Shown: piece after piece, positions 37,704 through 48,248 of the stretch
Layout of the letters: every line of letters starts with the position of its first letter
Position numbering within the stretch: the stretch's first letter is position 1
NCBI GenBank assembly: GCA_964439235.1
Contig: CAYTNT010000002.1
Coordinates: 28-64,027, forward strand
Length of the DNA stretch: 64,000 nucleotides
From: an uncultured Rhodoluna sp.
GTDB taxonomy: Bacteria; Actinomycetota; Actinomycetes; Actinomycetales; Microbacteriaceae
Direction of reading: 5' to 3'
Notes under the pieces: generated by a model
Told to the model about the DNA's origin: nothing
The model's input: the letters and a program-made list of their open reading frames with translations, nothing else
The model's database searches: none
Translations under genes and position numbers: made by a program

Positions 37704-39359
37704 CTAGGCCTGCAACCAGGCGGTTGCGTTCGGTGCCAGTTTGCCACTAACCAGGGGCTTTGACGAGGCAAGCAACTTGCCCTTGGGCAACTTCACCGGC
37801 TTCTGCGAGAAGTTGGTGACGCTCTGCCAGCCATTCGGGCGGGCAAAGTGAACGATCTGCTTGTTGAAGTGCCAAACCCACTTGAAAGTCTCGGTGGTCT
37901 GCAGCTTGCGGCGCAGTGCGAGCACCTCGCGATAGAACTCGAGCGTTGAGCCGGCCACACCGTCCTCAGCCTCTACCGACCAGTCGCCGAACCACTTCGG
38001 TTGCGGCAGGTGCGAACCACCGGAACCGAACCCGAAGGATGACCCGGTGCGCGTCCATGGCAGGGGAACGCGGCAGCCGTCACGACTCAGGCCGAGGTCG
38101 GGGTTTCTGAAGAATTGCGGGTCCTGCATGTCCTCGGCAGGAATCTCGAGTGCCTCCTGAAGGCCAAGTTCCTCACCCTGATATAGGTAGGTGCTGCCAG
38201 GCAGGGCAAGCAGCAGCATTGTCATCGCCTTGCCGCGGGTGAGTCCCAGCTTTTCGTCAACGCCTGGGTTGAAGCGATTGTCTTTGTACCAAGCGCCGAA
38301 GTTGCTGACCTCGGGCAAGCCGAAGCGGGTCGCGTGGCGAATTACGTCGTGGTTGCTGAGCACCCAGGTGGTGCTGCTGCCGTTTTCGACGGTTGCCTTC
38401 ATATTGATGTTGGCGATGTTGCGAACCTTGCTCGGATCCCAACCGGCTCCGAGCATGTCGAAGCTGAATGACTGGCCCAGCCCATTGGCGCTCGCGTATG
38501 GCGGGCGGCGGTTGGCGTGCACCCAGGCCTCGGCCACTGCCATGCGCGGCGGGTTGTATTCGTTGAAAATCTTGCGCCAGGATGCGTAAATCTCGTGAAC
38601 CTCATCGCGGTCAAAGAGGTCATCCGTGCCGTCGTCCTTCATCACACTCAGGTCGTATGAGTTGCGCTCGGGCAAGTGACCGTTCTTCAAGTCTTTGACC
38701 AAGGCGTGGGCCACGTCGATGCGGAATCCATCGACTCCGCGGTCGCACCAGAAGCGAATCGTTTTTTCGAAGTCGGCTCGCACCTCGGGGTTGTCCCAGT
38801 TCCAGTCGGGCTGCTCAGAGGCAAAGAGGTGCATGTACCACTGACCTGGGGTACCGTCTGGCTCGGTGATTCGGGTCCAGGCCGTCGGGCCAAAGTGGCT
38901 CGACAATTCTGACGGGCGAATCTCACCGTTCTCACCCTTGCCGTCTCTAAAGATGTAGCGGTCGCGCTCGGGTGAACCTGGGCCGGCCGCAAGGGCATCC
39001 TTGAACCATTGGTGGCCGCTGCCCGAGTGGTTCGGAACGATGTCGATGATGATTCGCATGCCGTTTTCGTGAAGCTTGGCGATCAGCTCGTCGAAGTCGG
39101 CGAGAGTGCCGAGGCGTGGGTCAACGTCGCGATAGTCATCGACGTCGTAGCCACCGTCGGCCAGAGCCGATGGGTAGTGCGGGCTGAGCCAAACTGCATC
39201 CACACCCAGCTTCTTGAGATAGTCGATTCGGCTGATGATTCCTCGAACGTCACCGATGCCGTCGCCGTTGCTGTCGGCAAAGCTGCGCGGGTAAATCTGG
39301 TAGATGACGGCCTGGCGCCACCAGTTGGCATCGCCGGCAAGGAATCGCATATCTGACAT
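37704..39359 (-). CDS. GH13 alpha-glucosidase
   Basis: YQIYPRSFAD, DIVPNH, GFRIDVAH, AEAW, SNHD, YQGEELG, RDGCRVP. Confidence 0.93.
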   Translation of the reverse strand: MSDMRFLAGDANWWRQAVIYQIYPRSFADSNGDGIGDVRGIISRIDYLKKLGVDAVWLSPHYPSALADGGYDVDDYRDVDPRLGTLADFDELIAKLHENGMRIIIDIVPNHSGSGHQWFKDALAAGPGSPERDRYIFRDGKGENGEIRPSELSSHFGPTAWTRITEPDGTPGQWYMHLFASEQPDWNWDNPEVRADFEKTIRFWCDRGVDGFRIDVAHALVKDLKNGHLPERNSYDLSVMKDDGTDDLFDRDEVHEIYASWRKIFNEYNPPRMAVAEAWVHANRRPPYASANGLGQSFSFDMLGAGWDPSKVRNIANINMKATVENGSSTTWVLSNHDVIRHATRFGLPEVSNFGAWYKDNRFNPGVDEKLGLTRGKAMTMLLLALPGSTYLYQGEELGLQEALEIPAEDMQDPQFFRNPDLGLSRDGCRVPLPWTRTGSSFGFGSGGSHLPQPKWFGDWSVEAEDGVAGSTLEFYREVLALRRKLQTTETFKWVWHFNKQIVHFARPNGWQSVTNFSQKPVKLPKGKLLASSKPLVSGKLAPNATAWLQA

Positions 39360-39401
39360 GCCTGAAATGCTACCGCCCGCAGGTTGTGGTTGACTGGTTT
39401 G

Positions 39402-40367
39402 GTGAGCACCGACAAGCAAACCCTCGACCTTCTGGCCGCAAAATCATCTGATTACGTAGAGGCCGCCGAGCTGGTTCGCGGTGGAATCGTCGAATCGCGT
39501 CACCGCGCGATCGCAGCGGTTACCGATCCGAGCGGCAAGCTCATCGATCACCTAGGTTCAGCCAAGCGCGTGGTGTATCCGCGAAGCGCCGTCAAGCCGC
39601 TGCAGACCGTTGCCATGCGTCGAGCCGGACTCGACCTGACGGGTGCCGCACTCACCATAACTTCGGCGAGTCATCAGGCCACTCCGATGCACACGCAACT
39701 AGTGCTCGAGGTGCTGAATAGCGTCAACCTCGGCGTGGATGAGCTGCAGTGCCCAACCGCCTTGCCGGGCAACCTGGCCGCTCGCGCTGCGGCCCAGGCC
39801 CCCTCGCGCCTCTACTTCAATTGCTCGGGCAAGCACGCGGGCTTCCTTGCCGCATCCAAGATCGCGGGTTTTGCGCTCGACAGTTACCTCGATGAAACGC
39901 ATCCGCTGCAGTTGATGGTTCGCGAGGTAATCGAGGAGTTCTCGGGCGAACACATCGTGCACACCACGATTGACGGATGCGGTGCTCCGCTGCACGCGCT
40001 CACCGTTGAGGGGTTGGCTCGCTCGTTCGGAAAGCTCGCTCAAACCGAACCCGAGATCGTTTCGGCGATGATCGAAAACCCTGCCGTCATCGGCGACGAA
40101 AACACCGCGGATGCGATTCTGATGCGCGAGCTCGGCGTGATCTCGAAGCTCGGCGCTGAGGGAGTCTTGGCGCTCGCCACACGCGAAGGTTACGGCCTTG
40201 CGGTGAAGATTGCCGACGGCTCACATCGGGCAAGTGCACCGATTTTGCTGGGTCTGTTGCGCAAGCACGAGCTGATCTCGGCCGACGAGTTCGAGCGAGT
40301 TTTCGATTTGGTTGCACCAGCGGTCTTGGGTGGCGACCGAGCGGTTGGCGAACTCAGGCTGCTCTAG
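39402..40367 (+). CDS. L-asparaginase II (Rhizobium etli AnsA type)
   Basis: RGGIVESRH, RSAVKPLQ, NCSGKHAG, DGCGAP, SKLGAEG. Confidence 0.9.
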   Translation: MSTDKQTLDLLAAKSSDYVEAAELVRGGIVESRHRAIAAVTDPSGKLIDHLGSAKRVVYPRSAVKPLQTVAMRRAGLDLTGAALTITSASHQATPMHTQLVLEVLNSVNLGVDELQCPTALPGNLAARAAAQAPSRLYFNCSGKHAGFLAASKIAGFALDSYLDETHPLQLMVREVIEEFSGEHIVHTTIDGCGAPLHALTVEGLARSFGKLAQTEPEIVSAMIENPAVIGDENTADAILMRELGVISKLGAEGVLALATREGYGLAVKIADGSHRASAPILLGLLRKHELISADEFERVFDLVAPAVLGGDRAVGELRLL

Positions 40368-40736
40368 ATGAAGCCCACTCTGATTTTCGACGGCGACTGC
40401 GGGTTCTGCACCTCGGCCGCGAATTTCGCCGCGGCTCGAGCAAGAATCGACCTGCAGATTGTGCCCTGGCAACGTGCAGACTTAGCATCGTTCGGATTGA
40501 GCGAGGTAGCGGCTAGCGCCAAGGTGCAGTTGCACGTGGACGGCAAAAACTATGCCGGCCACAAGTGCTTTGCCAAGATGCTGCAGCTGCGCGGCGGCTG
40601 GTTTAGCGCGTCGCTTGGTCGGGCCATGATGCTTCCGCCGCTGAGCTGGTTGTCGGCAATCGGCTACAGCCTCGTCGCAAGATTCAGACACCGCCTACCC
40701 GGCGGCACGCCTGCCTGCAAACTGGAACCAAAATAG
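40368..40736 (+). CDS. DCC-family thiol-disulfide oxidoreductase (DUF393)
   Basis: FDGDCGFC, C-terminal RHRLPGGTPAC. Confidence 0.88.
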   Translation: MKPTLIFDGDCGFCTSAANFAAARARIDLQIVPWQRADLASFGLSEVAASAKVQLHVDGKNYAGHKCFAKMLQLRGGWFSASLGRAMMLPPLSWLSAIGYSLVARFRHRLPGGTPACKLEPK

Positions 40737-40743
40737 GAGTGTC

Positions 40744-41208
40744 ATGACACCGAAAAAACTGTTCAAATTCTTCGCCACCGCCGAGGTCTTCACTTGGGGT
40801 GCGCTGATCACCGGCCTGATCCTGCGAGCCACCGTCGGGGTCGAACCGCTTGCCTTCACCATCGTCGGAGGCATCCACGGTGCAGCATTTTTGGCATACG
40901 GCGTGACCGCGGTCTTGGTTGCGGTAAACAACCGCTGGAAGTTCGGTCGAGCCGCATTTGCCGTGGTTCTTGCCATCGTTCCGTTCGCCACCCTGCCGTT
41001 CGAGATGTGGCTGAAGAGCAAGGGTCACCTAGAGGGCGAATGGCGACGCGAACACAGCGGTTACCCGCGCGACGACCACTGGTTCGACCGTCTCTACCGC
41101 TGGTTCCTGAACCGTCCGATTCTGCTTGCCATCGCACTGGTCTTGGCTGTGGTCGTGATCTTCATCACGCTGTTGCTGATCGGCCCGCCAGGTGGCTCAA
41201 AAGACTAA
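40744..41208 (+). CDS. DUF3817-family membrane protein
   Basis: AEVFTW, GGIHGAAFLAY, AIVPFATLPFE. Confidence 0.82.
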   Translation: MTPKKLFKFFATAEVFTWGALITGLILRATVGVEPLAFTIVGGIHGAAFLAYGVTAVLVAVNNRWKFGRAAFAVVLAIVPFATLPFEMWLKSKGHLEGEWRREHSGYPRDDHWFDRLYRWFLNRPILLAIALVLAVVVIFITLLLIGPPGGSKD

Positions 41209-44200
41209 ATGACCCAGCCGCGAATTGCGTATCCGCCTGATCTTCCGGTCAGTCAGCTACGCGAAGAGATTCTCGAGGCCATCTCGAATCACCAGGTTGT
41301 GGTGATCGCCGGTGCTACCGGTTCGGGCAAGACCACCCAGCTGCCGAAGATGTGTCTCGAGCTTGGGCGAAAAAGCATCGCGCACACCCAGCCGCGTCGA
41401 ATCGCGGCCCGGTCGGTGGCTGAGCGCATCGCCGAAGAGGTGGGTGTCGAGCTCGGCACGCTGGTCGGATATCAGGTGCGATTCACCGACAAGTCGGCCG
41501 CCGAGACGCGAGTCAAGGTGATGACAGACGGCATCCTGCTGAATGCCCTTCAGCGCGACCGGCTACTCAAGCAGTACGACACGATCATCATTGACGAGGC
41601 GCACGAGCGCAGCCTGAACATCGACTTCTTGCTCGGCTATCTCAAGCAGCTGCTGCCCAAGCGGCCCGACCTGAAGGTCATTGTCACCTCAGCAACAATC
41701 GATCCCGAGTCATTCAGCCGGCACTTTGGTGAAGCACCGATCATCGAGGTCAGCGGCCGCACGTATCCGATCGAGATTCGCTATCGCCCGCTGGCAGGTG
41801 AGCGCGAGACGCAAAAAGACAGCGACCTCGATTCAGAAAACGAGGATGCCGCCCAGCCGAGCGACTACGTCGAAGGAATCATCGAGGCTCTCAAAGAACT
41901 GCAGCGCGAGCCCGACGGCGACATCCTGGTGTTTCTCTCGGGCGAATCCGAAATTCGAGACGCGCAGGATGCCATCGGCGGAAACATCACCTCGGGTGCG
42001 CTCGACCGCGGCACCGAGCTGCTGCCGCTGTACGGCCGGCTGAGCGCCGCCGAGCAGCACCGTGTCTTCGAACGAAGCCGTGTGGCCGGCATCCGCCGCC
42101 GAGTGATTTTGGCAACCAACGTTGCCGAGACCAGCCTCACAATTCCGAACATCAAGTACGTGATTGATGCCGGAACCGCTCGCATTTCGCGCTACAGCGC
42201 CAAGGCTCGCGTGCAGCGCCTGCCAATCGAGCCGATCTCGCAGGCGAGCGCAAACCAGCGTGCCGGTCGTGCCGGTCGCTTGAGTTCTGGCGTCGTGATT
42301 CGTCTTTACTCAGAGGATTCATTCCTGTCTCGCCCCGAGTTCACGGATCCCGAGATTCTGCGCACCAACCTGGCCTCGGTGATCTTGCAGGCCGCCAGCA
42401 TTGGGCTTGGCGACATTTCGAAGTTTCCGTTCATCCAGGCCCCCGATTCTCGCGGCGTCAAAGACGGCATCGCACTGCTGCAGGAACTCGGCGCGATCGA
42501 AGAGAGTTCGGCAGCCGAGATTCGCCTAACCGAGGTTGGTCGTCAACTGTCGCGATTGCCGATCGAGCCACGCTTCGCACGCATGCTGATCGAGTCGCAT
42601 CGGTCGAGTCTGGTGCGCGAGGTCATGGTGATTGTCGCCGGCCTCACGATTCAGGATCCGCGCGAGCGTCCGCTCGAAAAACGCGAGCGAGCCGATCAGT
42701 TGCACGCGAGATTCGCCGACCCGACCAGCGATTTCCTAAGCCTGCTGAACCTCTGGAACTACGTCGAAGAGCAGCAAACCAAACTGTCATCCTCTGCATT
42801 CAGGCGCCTGTGCAAGGCCGAGCACCTGAACTACCTGCGCATTCGCGAGTGGCAAGACCTGGTTCGTCAGCTGAAGTCGGTCACCAAGCCGCTCGGCTTC
42901 GAGTTCGGCGAACCCAAGATTGACCCAGACGGCATCCATCGTTCGCTGTTCGCCGGACTGCTAAGCCACATCGGTCTGCGTCAGGATCTAACGAAGAAGA
43001 CCCAACCCGAGTTTTTGGGTTCGAACGGCAAGAAGTTCGTGGTGTTTCCGGGTTCGACTCTTGCCAAGAAGCCGCCAGCCGCGGTGATGAGCGCCGAACT
43101 GGTTGAAACCAGCCGCTTGTTTGCTCGCATGAACGCCGCGATCGACCCGGCGTGGGCCGAAAAGATTGCACCCGAACTCTGTCGCCGAAGCTACAGCGAA
43201 CCGCACTGGGATGCCACGCAAGGGGCCGTTATCGGCTATGAGCGAGTGACCCTGTTTGGTGTGCCGATCATCGCGAATCGGCGCATCCAGTTTTCGAGAA
43301 TCGATCAGGGGCTCTGTCGCGAGCTGTTCATCAGGCACGCGCTGGTCGATGGCGAATGGGATGCGAAACCCGCATTCCACCGAGCCAATCGTTCGCTTCT
43401 GGCCCAGCTCGAGGCCGCCGCAAACCGAGCCAGAAAGCCCCAGTTAGCGCCAGACGAGCAAGACGTCTTCAACTTCTACAGCCAGCGAATTCCGGCGGAT
43501 GTGTTCTCGACCCGAACCTTCGAGGGTTGGTGGCGCAAGGCACAGCACGAGACTCCGAAGCTGCTGACGATGACCCGCGAAGACTTCTTGGATGAGTCGC
43601 AGTTCGCCCAGACGGATGCCCAAAACCCAGTGGTTTGGTCGCACGGCGGGCAGCAGCTCAAGTTGCGCTATCGCTTTGACCCAGGTGCCGTCGATGACGG
43701 CGTCTGCGTTGACATTCCGCTGCCGATTTTGGCATCCGTCAGCAGTGACGAATTCGACTGGCTGGTGCCGGGACTTCGTGCCGAGCTCATCACCGAACTG
43801 ATTCGCGGTCTGCCCAAGAACATTCGCCGCAACGTGGTGCCGGCAGGGGATTGGGCGAAACGCATCCTCGCCAATTTGCCCGAGACTCCGACTGGAAACC
43901 TGCTTAAGGTGCTGGCCAAGACAATTCAGCAGTTGGCCGGAGTCGTTGTGAAACCCGAGGACTTTGACACCTCGAAGCTCACGACGGCTATGCGCATGAC
44001 ATATCGGGTTATCGATTCTGCGGGCAAGACCCTCGGTCTGAGCTGCGATCTTGAGGCGCTGAAAACCAAGTTCGCCTCGGCTACCGACAACGCGGTGGCA
44101 CAGGTCACCCAGGCGAGCAGCTCGCCAATCGAACGCGAGAGCATCGAGGCTTGGGATTGGGAGCGTCTCGACTCGAAACTCGAATCCACGCACGCGGGCA

Positions 44201-44997
44201 ACCTGGTCAGCGCGTTTCCGACCCTCGTCGCCGAGAGTGGCGGCCGAGTTGCTCTGCGAGTTCTCGCCACTGCCAAGCAGCAACAGCAACTGCATCCGTT
44301 TGGTGTCGCCGCTCTGGTGCGAAAGTCTCTGGTCGTGCCGAACGACTACCTCAAAGAGCACCTAACCGCTAACGAGAAACTCGCGCTCGCCGCACTACCT
44401 TACGCGCGTTTTGAAGACATCGTCGAGGATGCCGTGATGGCCCAGATCGACCAAGCGTTGGCATCGAGTCCGCACGGCGGAATGCTGTTCACCAAGGCCG
44501 AGTTCGAAGCCGTTCGAAATCGCGTGAACCAAGATCTGGTGAAGGCGAGTTTCGATGCGCTGGCCCTGCTGGCCAAGATTTCACTATTGGCAACCAAGGC
44601 CCAGAAAACGCTGGCCAAGATCAACGCGTTCGATCTGCTAGGCACCCTCAGCGCCGAAAAACAGCACCTTGCCGAACTGCTGCACAAGGGTTTCGTGCGC
44701 GACTCGGGCCTCACCCAGCTCGGGCGCTACCCGACCTATCTCGAAGCGGTGAGTTATCGCTTCGAACGCATCCTCGACAATCGCGATCGCGATGCGCAGA
44801 GCCTCGCCGAGTTCGATCGCGCGATGGGCCTTTATGTGTTTGCCGGTGGCAAACTGCCCTGCCCACAGGAGGCGCCGAGCGCGCTTCGGGTGACTCGTTG
44901 GCTGCTCGAGGAATACCGCGTGAGCCTATTTGCGCAGCACCTCGGAGTCGCCGAAAAGGTATCCATCGAGAGAATCAAGAAGGCGCTGGGGCAGTAG
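41209..44997 (+). CDS. hrpA: ATP-dependent RNA helicase HrpA
   Basis: GATGSGKTT, DEAH, SAT, TNVAETS, QRAGRAGR, C-terminal EEYRVSLFAQ. Confidence 0.96.
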   Translation: MTQPRIAYPPDLPVSQLREEILEAISNHQVVVIAGATGSGKTTQLPKMCLELGRKSIAHTQPRRIAARSVAERIAEEVGVELGTLVGYQVRFTDKSAAETRVKVMTDGILLNALQRDRLLKQYDTIIIDEAHERSLNIDFLLGYLKQLLPKRPDLKVIVTSATIDPESFSRHFGEAPIIEVSGRTYPIEIRYRPLAGERETQKDSDLDSENEDAAQPSDYVEGIIEALKELQREPDGDILVFLSGESEIRDAQDAIGGNITSGALDRGTELLPLYGRLSAAEQHRVFERSRVAGIRRRVILATNVAETSLTIPNIKYVIDAGTARISRYSAKARVQRLPIEPISQASANQRAGRAGRLSSGVVIRLYSEDSFLSRPEFTDPEILRTNLASVILQAASIGLGDISKFPFIQAPDSRGVKDGIALLQELGAIEESSAAEIRLTEVGRQLSRLPIEPRFARMLIESHRSSLVREVMVIVAGLTIQDPRERPLEKRERADQLHARFADPTSDFLSLLNLWNYVEEQQTKLSSSAFRRLCKAEHLNYLRIREWQDLVRQLKSVTKPLGFEFGEPKIDPDGIHRSLFAGLLSHIGLRQDLTKKTQPEFLGSNGKKFVVFPGSTLAKKPPAAVMSAELVETSRLFARMNAAIDPAWAEKIAPELCRRSYSEPHWDATQGAVIGYERVTLFGVPIIANRRIQFSRIDQGLCRELFIRHALVDGEWDAKPAFHRANRSLLAQLEAAANRARKPQLAPDEQDVFNFYSQRIPADVFSTRTFEGWWRKAQHETPKLLTMTREDFLDESQFAQTDAQNPVVWSHGGQQLKLRYRFDPGAVDDGVCVDIPLPILASVSSDEFDWLVPGLRAELITELIRGLPKNIRRNVVPAGDWAKRILANLPETPTGNLLKVLAKTIQQLAGVVVKPEDFDTSKLTTAMRMTYRVIDSAGKTLGLSCDLEALKTKFASATDNAVAQVTQASSSPIERESIEAWDWERLDSKLESTHAGNLVSAFPTLVAESGGRVALRVLATAKQQQQLHPFGVAALVRKSLVVPNDYLKEHLTANEKLALAALPYARFEDIVEDAVMAQIDQALASSPHGGMLFTKAEFEAVRNRVNQDLVKASFDALALLAKISLLATKAQKTLAKINAFDLLGTLSAEKQHLAELLHKGFVRDSGLTQLGRYPTYLEAVSYRFERILDNRDRDAQSLAEFDRAMGLYVFAGGKLPCPQEAPSALRVTRWLLEEYRVSLFAQHLGVAEKVSIERIKKALGQ

Positions 44998-45007
44998 CCT
45001 TAAAGGT

Positions 45008-47116
45008 ATGGCACGCAGCGTTTACGTGGCCTCGGTAGAGGGCCACACCGCCAAATCGGTGATTGCGCTCGGCGTGCTCGAAGCGCTAAAGGCCAAGAAT
45101 CAGCGAGTAGGTGTCTTTCGGGCGGTATCGCCGAGCACTCCGGGGGCTGATCAGGTGCTGGAACTGCTGCTAGCCAACACCGATCAAGACATTCCAATTT
45201 CGGAATGTATTGGCGTAACCTATCGCGAAATGCACGAGACTCCCGAGAAGGCTCAGGCAATCATCCTCGAGCGCTACAAGGCGCTAGAGGCCAAGTTTGA
45301 CGCGATGGTCGTGATTGGCTCGGACTACAACGATGTCTTCAGCCCGGCCGAATTCGAATTCAACGCTCGGGTCGCCACCAACTTGTCGATTCCCATGCTG
45401 TTGGTCTTCAACGGGCGCGAGCTCTACACGACTAGCGAACACCTTGGTCAGGCCGAGCCACGCAACGCGCAAGACCTGCTCTCGATGGCCGATCTGACCA
45501 TGCAGGTCGTTCGTGAGGCGCACACCACGGTGCTGGCAGCGGTCGTAAACCGTGCCGACGCCGACCGACTCGAGAGCATCCGACACGCGCTGTCAAACTC
45601 GATGCCCGAAGGAGTGCCAGTCTTTGTTGTACCGGAAGACCCTCGTTTGCCAGCGCCGCGCATGAACCAGATTTCGGCCTCCGTCAACGGAGTGCTCGAA
45701 TTCGGTTCGGCCGAGCGCCTGCACTCAGAGGCGATGGATCTGGTGGTTGCCGCGATGACCCCGGAACACGTTTTGCAGCGAGTCACCGAGGATGCGGTGG
45801 TTGTCGTGCCAGCCGACCGAACCGATGTTTTGCTCACCCTGCTCATGGCCGACGAGTCCGAGACTTTTCCGCGGTTGGCGGGAATCGTGCTCAACGGCGG
45901 TTTTGAAATCCCTGAACCAATTCGCAAGCTGATTGTTGGCCTCAACCCGACCATTCCCGTGGTCACAACTCCCGGCCGCAGTTTCGACACCACGATCAAG
46001 ATTGCCGCCACCAGAGGCGTGATTTCGAAGGATGACCCCGAGAAGATTGCTCGCGCTCGAGAGCTGGTGGCCGCGCACATCGACTTTGGTGTGCTGACCG
46101 CCTCACTTGAGGCACTCAAATTGACCGTGGTGACTCCGCTCGCGTTCGAGCACTCGCTCAGCCAGCGCGCATCCCAGTCGATCACCACCATCGTGTTGCC
46201 CGAGGGCGACGACGATCGCATCCTTCAGGCAGCCGACCAGGTGCTCAAGAACAAGATCGCGAATCTGATCATCCTTGGTGAGCCCGCCGCTATCACTAAA
46301 CGTGCCGCCGAACTCGGCCTTGACGTATCGGCCGCCAAGTTGACCTCGGTCACCGGCTCTGAGCACTTTGAGGCCTGCGTCGCCGAGTATCTGCGTCTGC
46401 GCGAGCACAAGGGCGTGACCCCCGAATTGGCTCGAGAGCGCATGGCCGACGTCTCGTATTTCGGCAGCATGCTAGTTCAGCTCGGCATAGCCGACGGCAT
46501 GGTTTCGGGTGCGAAACACACCACCGCGCACACCATCAAGCCGAGCTTCGAGTTCATCAAGACCAAGCCTCGGGTTACTTCGGTTTCGAGTGTTTTCCTG
46601 ATGGCGCTGCAAGACCGCGTCGTGGTCTATGGAGACTGCGCCGTGATTCCAGAGCCGACCGAAGAGCAGCTCGCCGACATTGCGATTTCTTCGGCCGAGA
46701 CCGCCCGCAAATTCAACATTGAGCCGCACGTTGCGATGCTGTCATACTCGACCGGCGACTCAGGCTCGGGTGCCGAGGTTGATCGGGTTCGGGCCGCCAC
46801 CGAACTGGTTCGCAAGCGTGCTCCAGAGCTCTCAATCGAGGGGCCGATTCAGTACGACGCCGCGGTGGATGCCGCTGTGGCAAAGGTCAAGTTGCCGCAA
46901 TCAACCGTTGCCGGCCGCGCTACCGTATTCGTTTTTCCTGACCTCAACACCGGCAACAACACCTACAAGGCAGTGCAGCGCACCTCGGGCGCTTTGGCGA
47001 TCGGGCCGATCCTGCAGGGCCTCAACAAGCCGGTCAACGACTTGTCGCGAGGCGCACTGGTCAAGGACATCGTCAACACCATCGCCATCACGGCGATTCA
47101 AGCGGCAGCGCAGTAA
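45008..47116 (+). CDS. pta: Phosphate acetyltransferase (long form)
   Basis: N-terminal AAA/DRTGG-like part, LPEGDD, GDCAV, SYSTG, GPIQYDAA, NDLSRG. Start ATG 45008. Confidence 0.95.
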   Translation: MARSVYVASVEGHTAKSVIALGVLEALKAKNQRVGVFRAVSPSTPGADQVLELLLANTDQDIPISECIGVTYREMHETPEKAQAIILERYKALEAKFDAMVVIGSDYNDVFSPAEFEFNARVATNLSIPMLLVFNGRELYTTSEHLGQAEPRNAQDLLSMADLTMQVVREAHTTVLAAVVNRADADRLESIRHALSNSMPEGVPVFVVPEDPRLPAPRMNQISASVNGVLEFGSAERLHSEAMDLVVAAMTPEHVLQRVTEDAVVVVPADRTDVLLTLLMADESETFPRLAGIVLNGGFEIPEPIRKLIVGLNPTIPVVTTPGRSFDTTIKIAATRGVISKDDPEKIARARELVAAHIDFGVLTASLEALKLTVVTPLAFEHSLSQRASQSITTIVLPEGDDDRILQAADQVLKNKIANLIILGEPAAITKRAAELGLDVSAAKLTSVTGSEHFEACVAEYLRLREHKGVTPELARERMADVSYFGSMLVQLGIADGMVSGAKHTTAHTIKPSFEFIKTKPRVTSVSSVFLMALQDRVVVYGDCAVIPEPTEEQLADIAISSAETARKFNIEPHVAMLSYSTGDSGSGAEVDRVRAATELVRKRAPELSIEGPIQYDAAVDAAVAKVKLPQSTVAGRATVFVFPDLNTGNNTYKAVQRTSGALAIGPILQGLNKPVNDLSRGALVKDIVNTIAITAIQAAAQ

Positions 47117-47128
47117 GGCCACAACCAA

Positions 47129-48238
47129 GTGAAACCAATCCTCGTCGTAAACACCGGTTCGAGCTCGCTCAAGTATCAGCTGATCGATGTCGAATCTTGC
47201 GAGGCACTGAACTCGGGTCTGATCGAGCGAGTCACCGACCACTCGGCGGCGTTCGCCGAGATGCTGTCTGCTTTGCGCGGCGCATCCCCCGTGGCGGTGG
47301 GGCACAGGGTGGTTCACGGCGGCGACAAGTTCTCGAAGCCGACCCTGGTTACTCGCGCGGTGCTCGATGTGATTGACTCGCTCGCGCCACTCGCGCCGCT
47401 GCACAACCCGGGCAACGTTGCGGGCATCCGCGCCGCGATCGAAGCTTTTCCGGATTTGCCGCAGTATGCGATTTTCGACACCGCTTTTCACCAGTCCATG
47501 CCGGCTAGCTCATACCGCTACGCGATTTCGGCAGAGCTCGAGCGCAACTTTGCGATTCGCCGCTACGGATTTCACGGCACCAGCTTCTCGTTTGTCTCGC
47601 GCCAGGCGGCCGCGATGCTGGGCAAACCTGCCAGCGAGCTAAATGCCGTGCTGCTGCACCTGGGTTCGGGCGCTTCGGCCTGCGCAATCAAGCAGGGCAA
47701 GTCATTCGATACCTCGATGGGTTTGACCCCGTTGCAGGGTCTGGTGATGGGCACTCGCAGCGGCGACATAGACCCAGCCATCGTCGCCTATCTGGAGCGA
47801 GTCGCGGGCATGAACATCGACCTGGTTGACCACAGTCTCAACAAGGATTCGGGCCTCAAGGGCATGACCGGGGATGCCGATCTGCGCGACGTTACCGCCC
47901 GTGCTGCCGCCGGCGACTTGGTAGCCGAGGAGGCGCTCGAGGTTTATGCCCAGCGAGTCAAGCACTATATCGGCGCATACATCGCCGAGGTCGGGCCGGT
48001 TGACTGCGTGGTGTTCACCGCTGGAGTTGGCGAAAACTCGAGTTCTATGCGCGGGCGCATCCTCAAGGGTTTGGAACACCTCGGCATCGAACTCGACGCG
48101 GTCGAAAACGAAACTCCATCGCGTGAGGCACGAGAGATTTCGACCTCTGGTTCGCGAGTTAAAGTGCTTGTAATTCCAACAAATGAGGAACTCGAGATTG
48201 CTCTTCAGGTCGAATCCTGCTTGAGTGAAACCAGGTGA
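47129..48238 (+). CDS. ackA: Acetate kinase
   Basis: NTGSSSLK, GHRVVHGG, APLHNP, YGFHG, GTRSGD, PTNEE. Confidence 0.96.
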   Translation: MKPILVVNTGSSSLKYQLIDVESCEALNSGLIERVTDHSAAFAEMLSALRGASPVAVGHRVVHGGDKFSKPTLVTRAVLDVIDSLAPLAPLHNPGNVAGIRAAIEAFPDLPQYAIFDTAFHQSMPASSYRYAISAELERNFAIRRYGFHGTSFSFVSRQAAAMLGKPASELNAVLLHLGSGASACAIKQGKSFDTSMGLTPLQGLVMGTRSGDIDPAIVAYLERVAGMNIDLVDHSLNKDSGLKGMTGDADLRDVTARAAAGDLVAEEALEVYAQRVKHYIGAYIAEVGPVDCVVFTAGVGENSSSMRGRILKGLEHLGIELDAVENETPSREAREISTSGSRVKVLVIPTNEELEIALQVESCLSETR

Positions 48239-48248
48239 GGTGCGAATC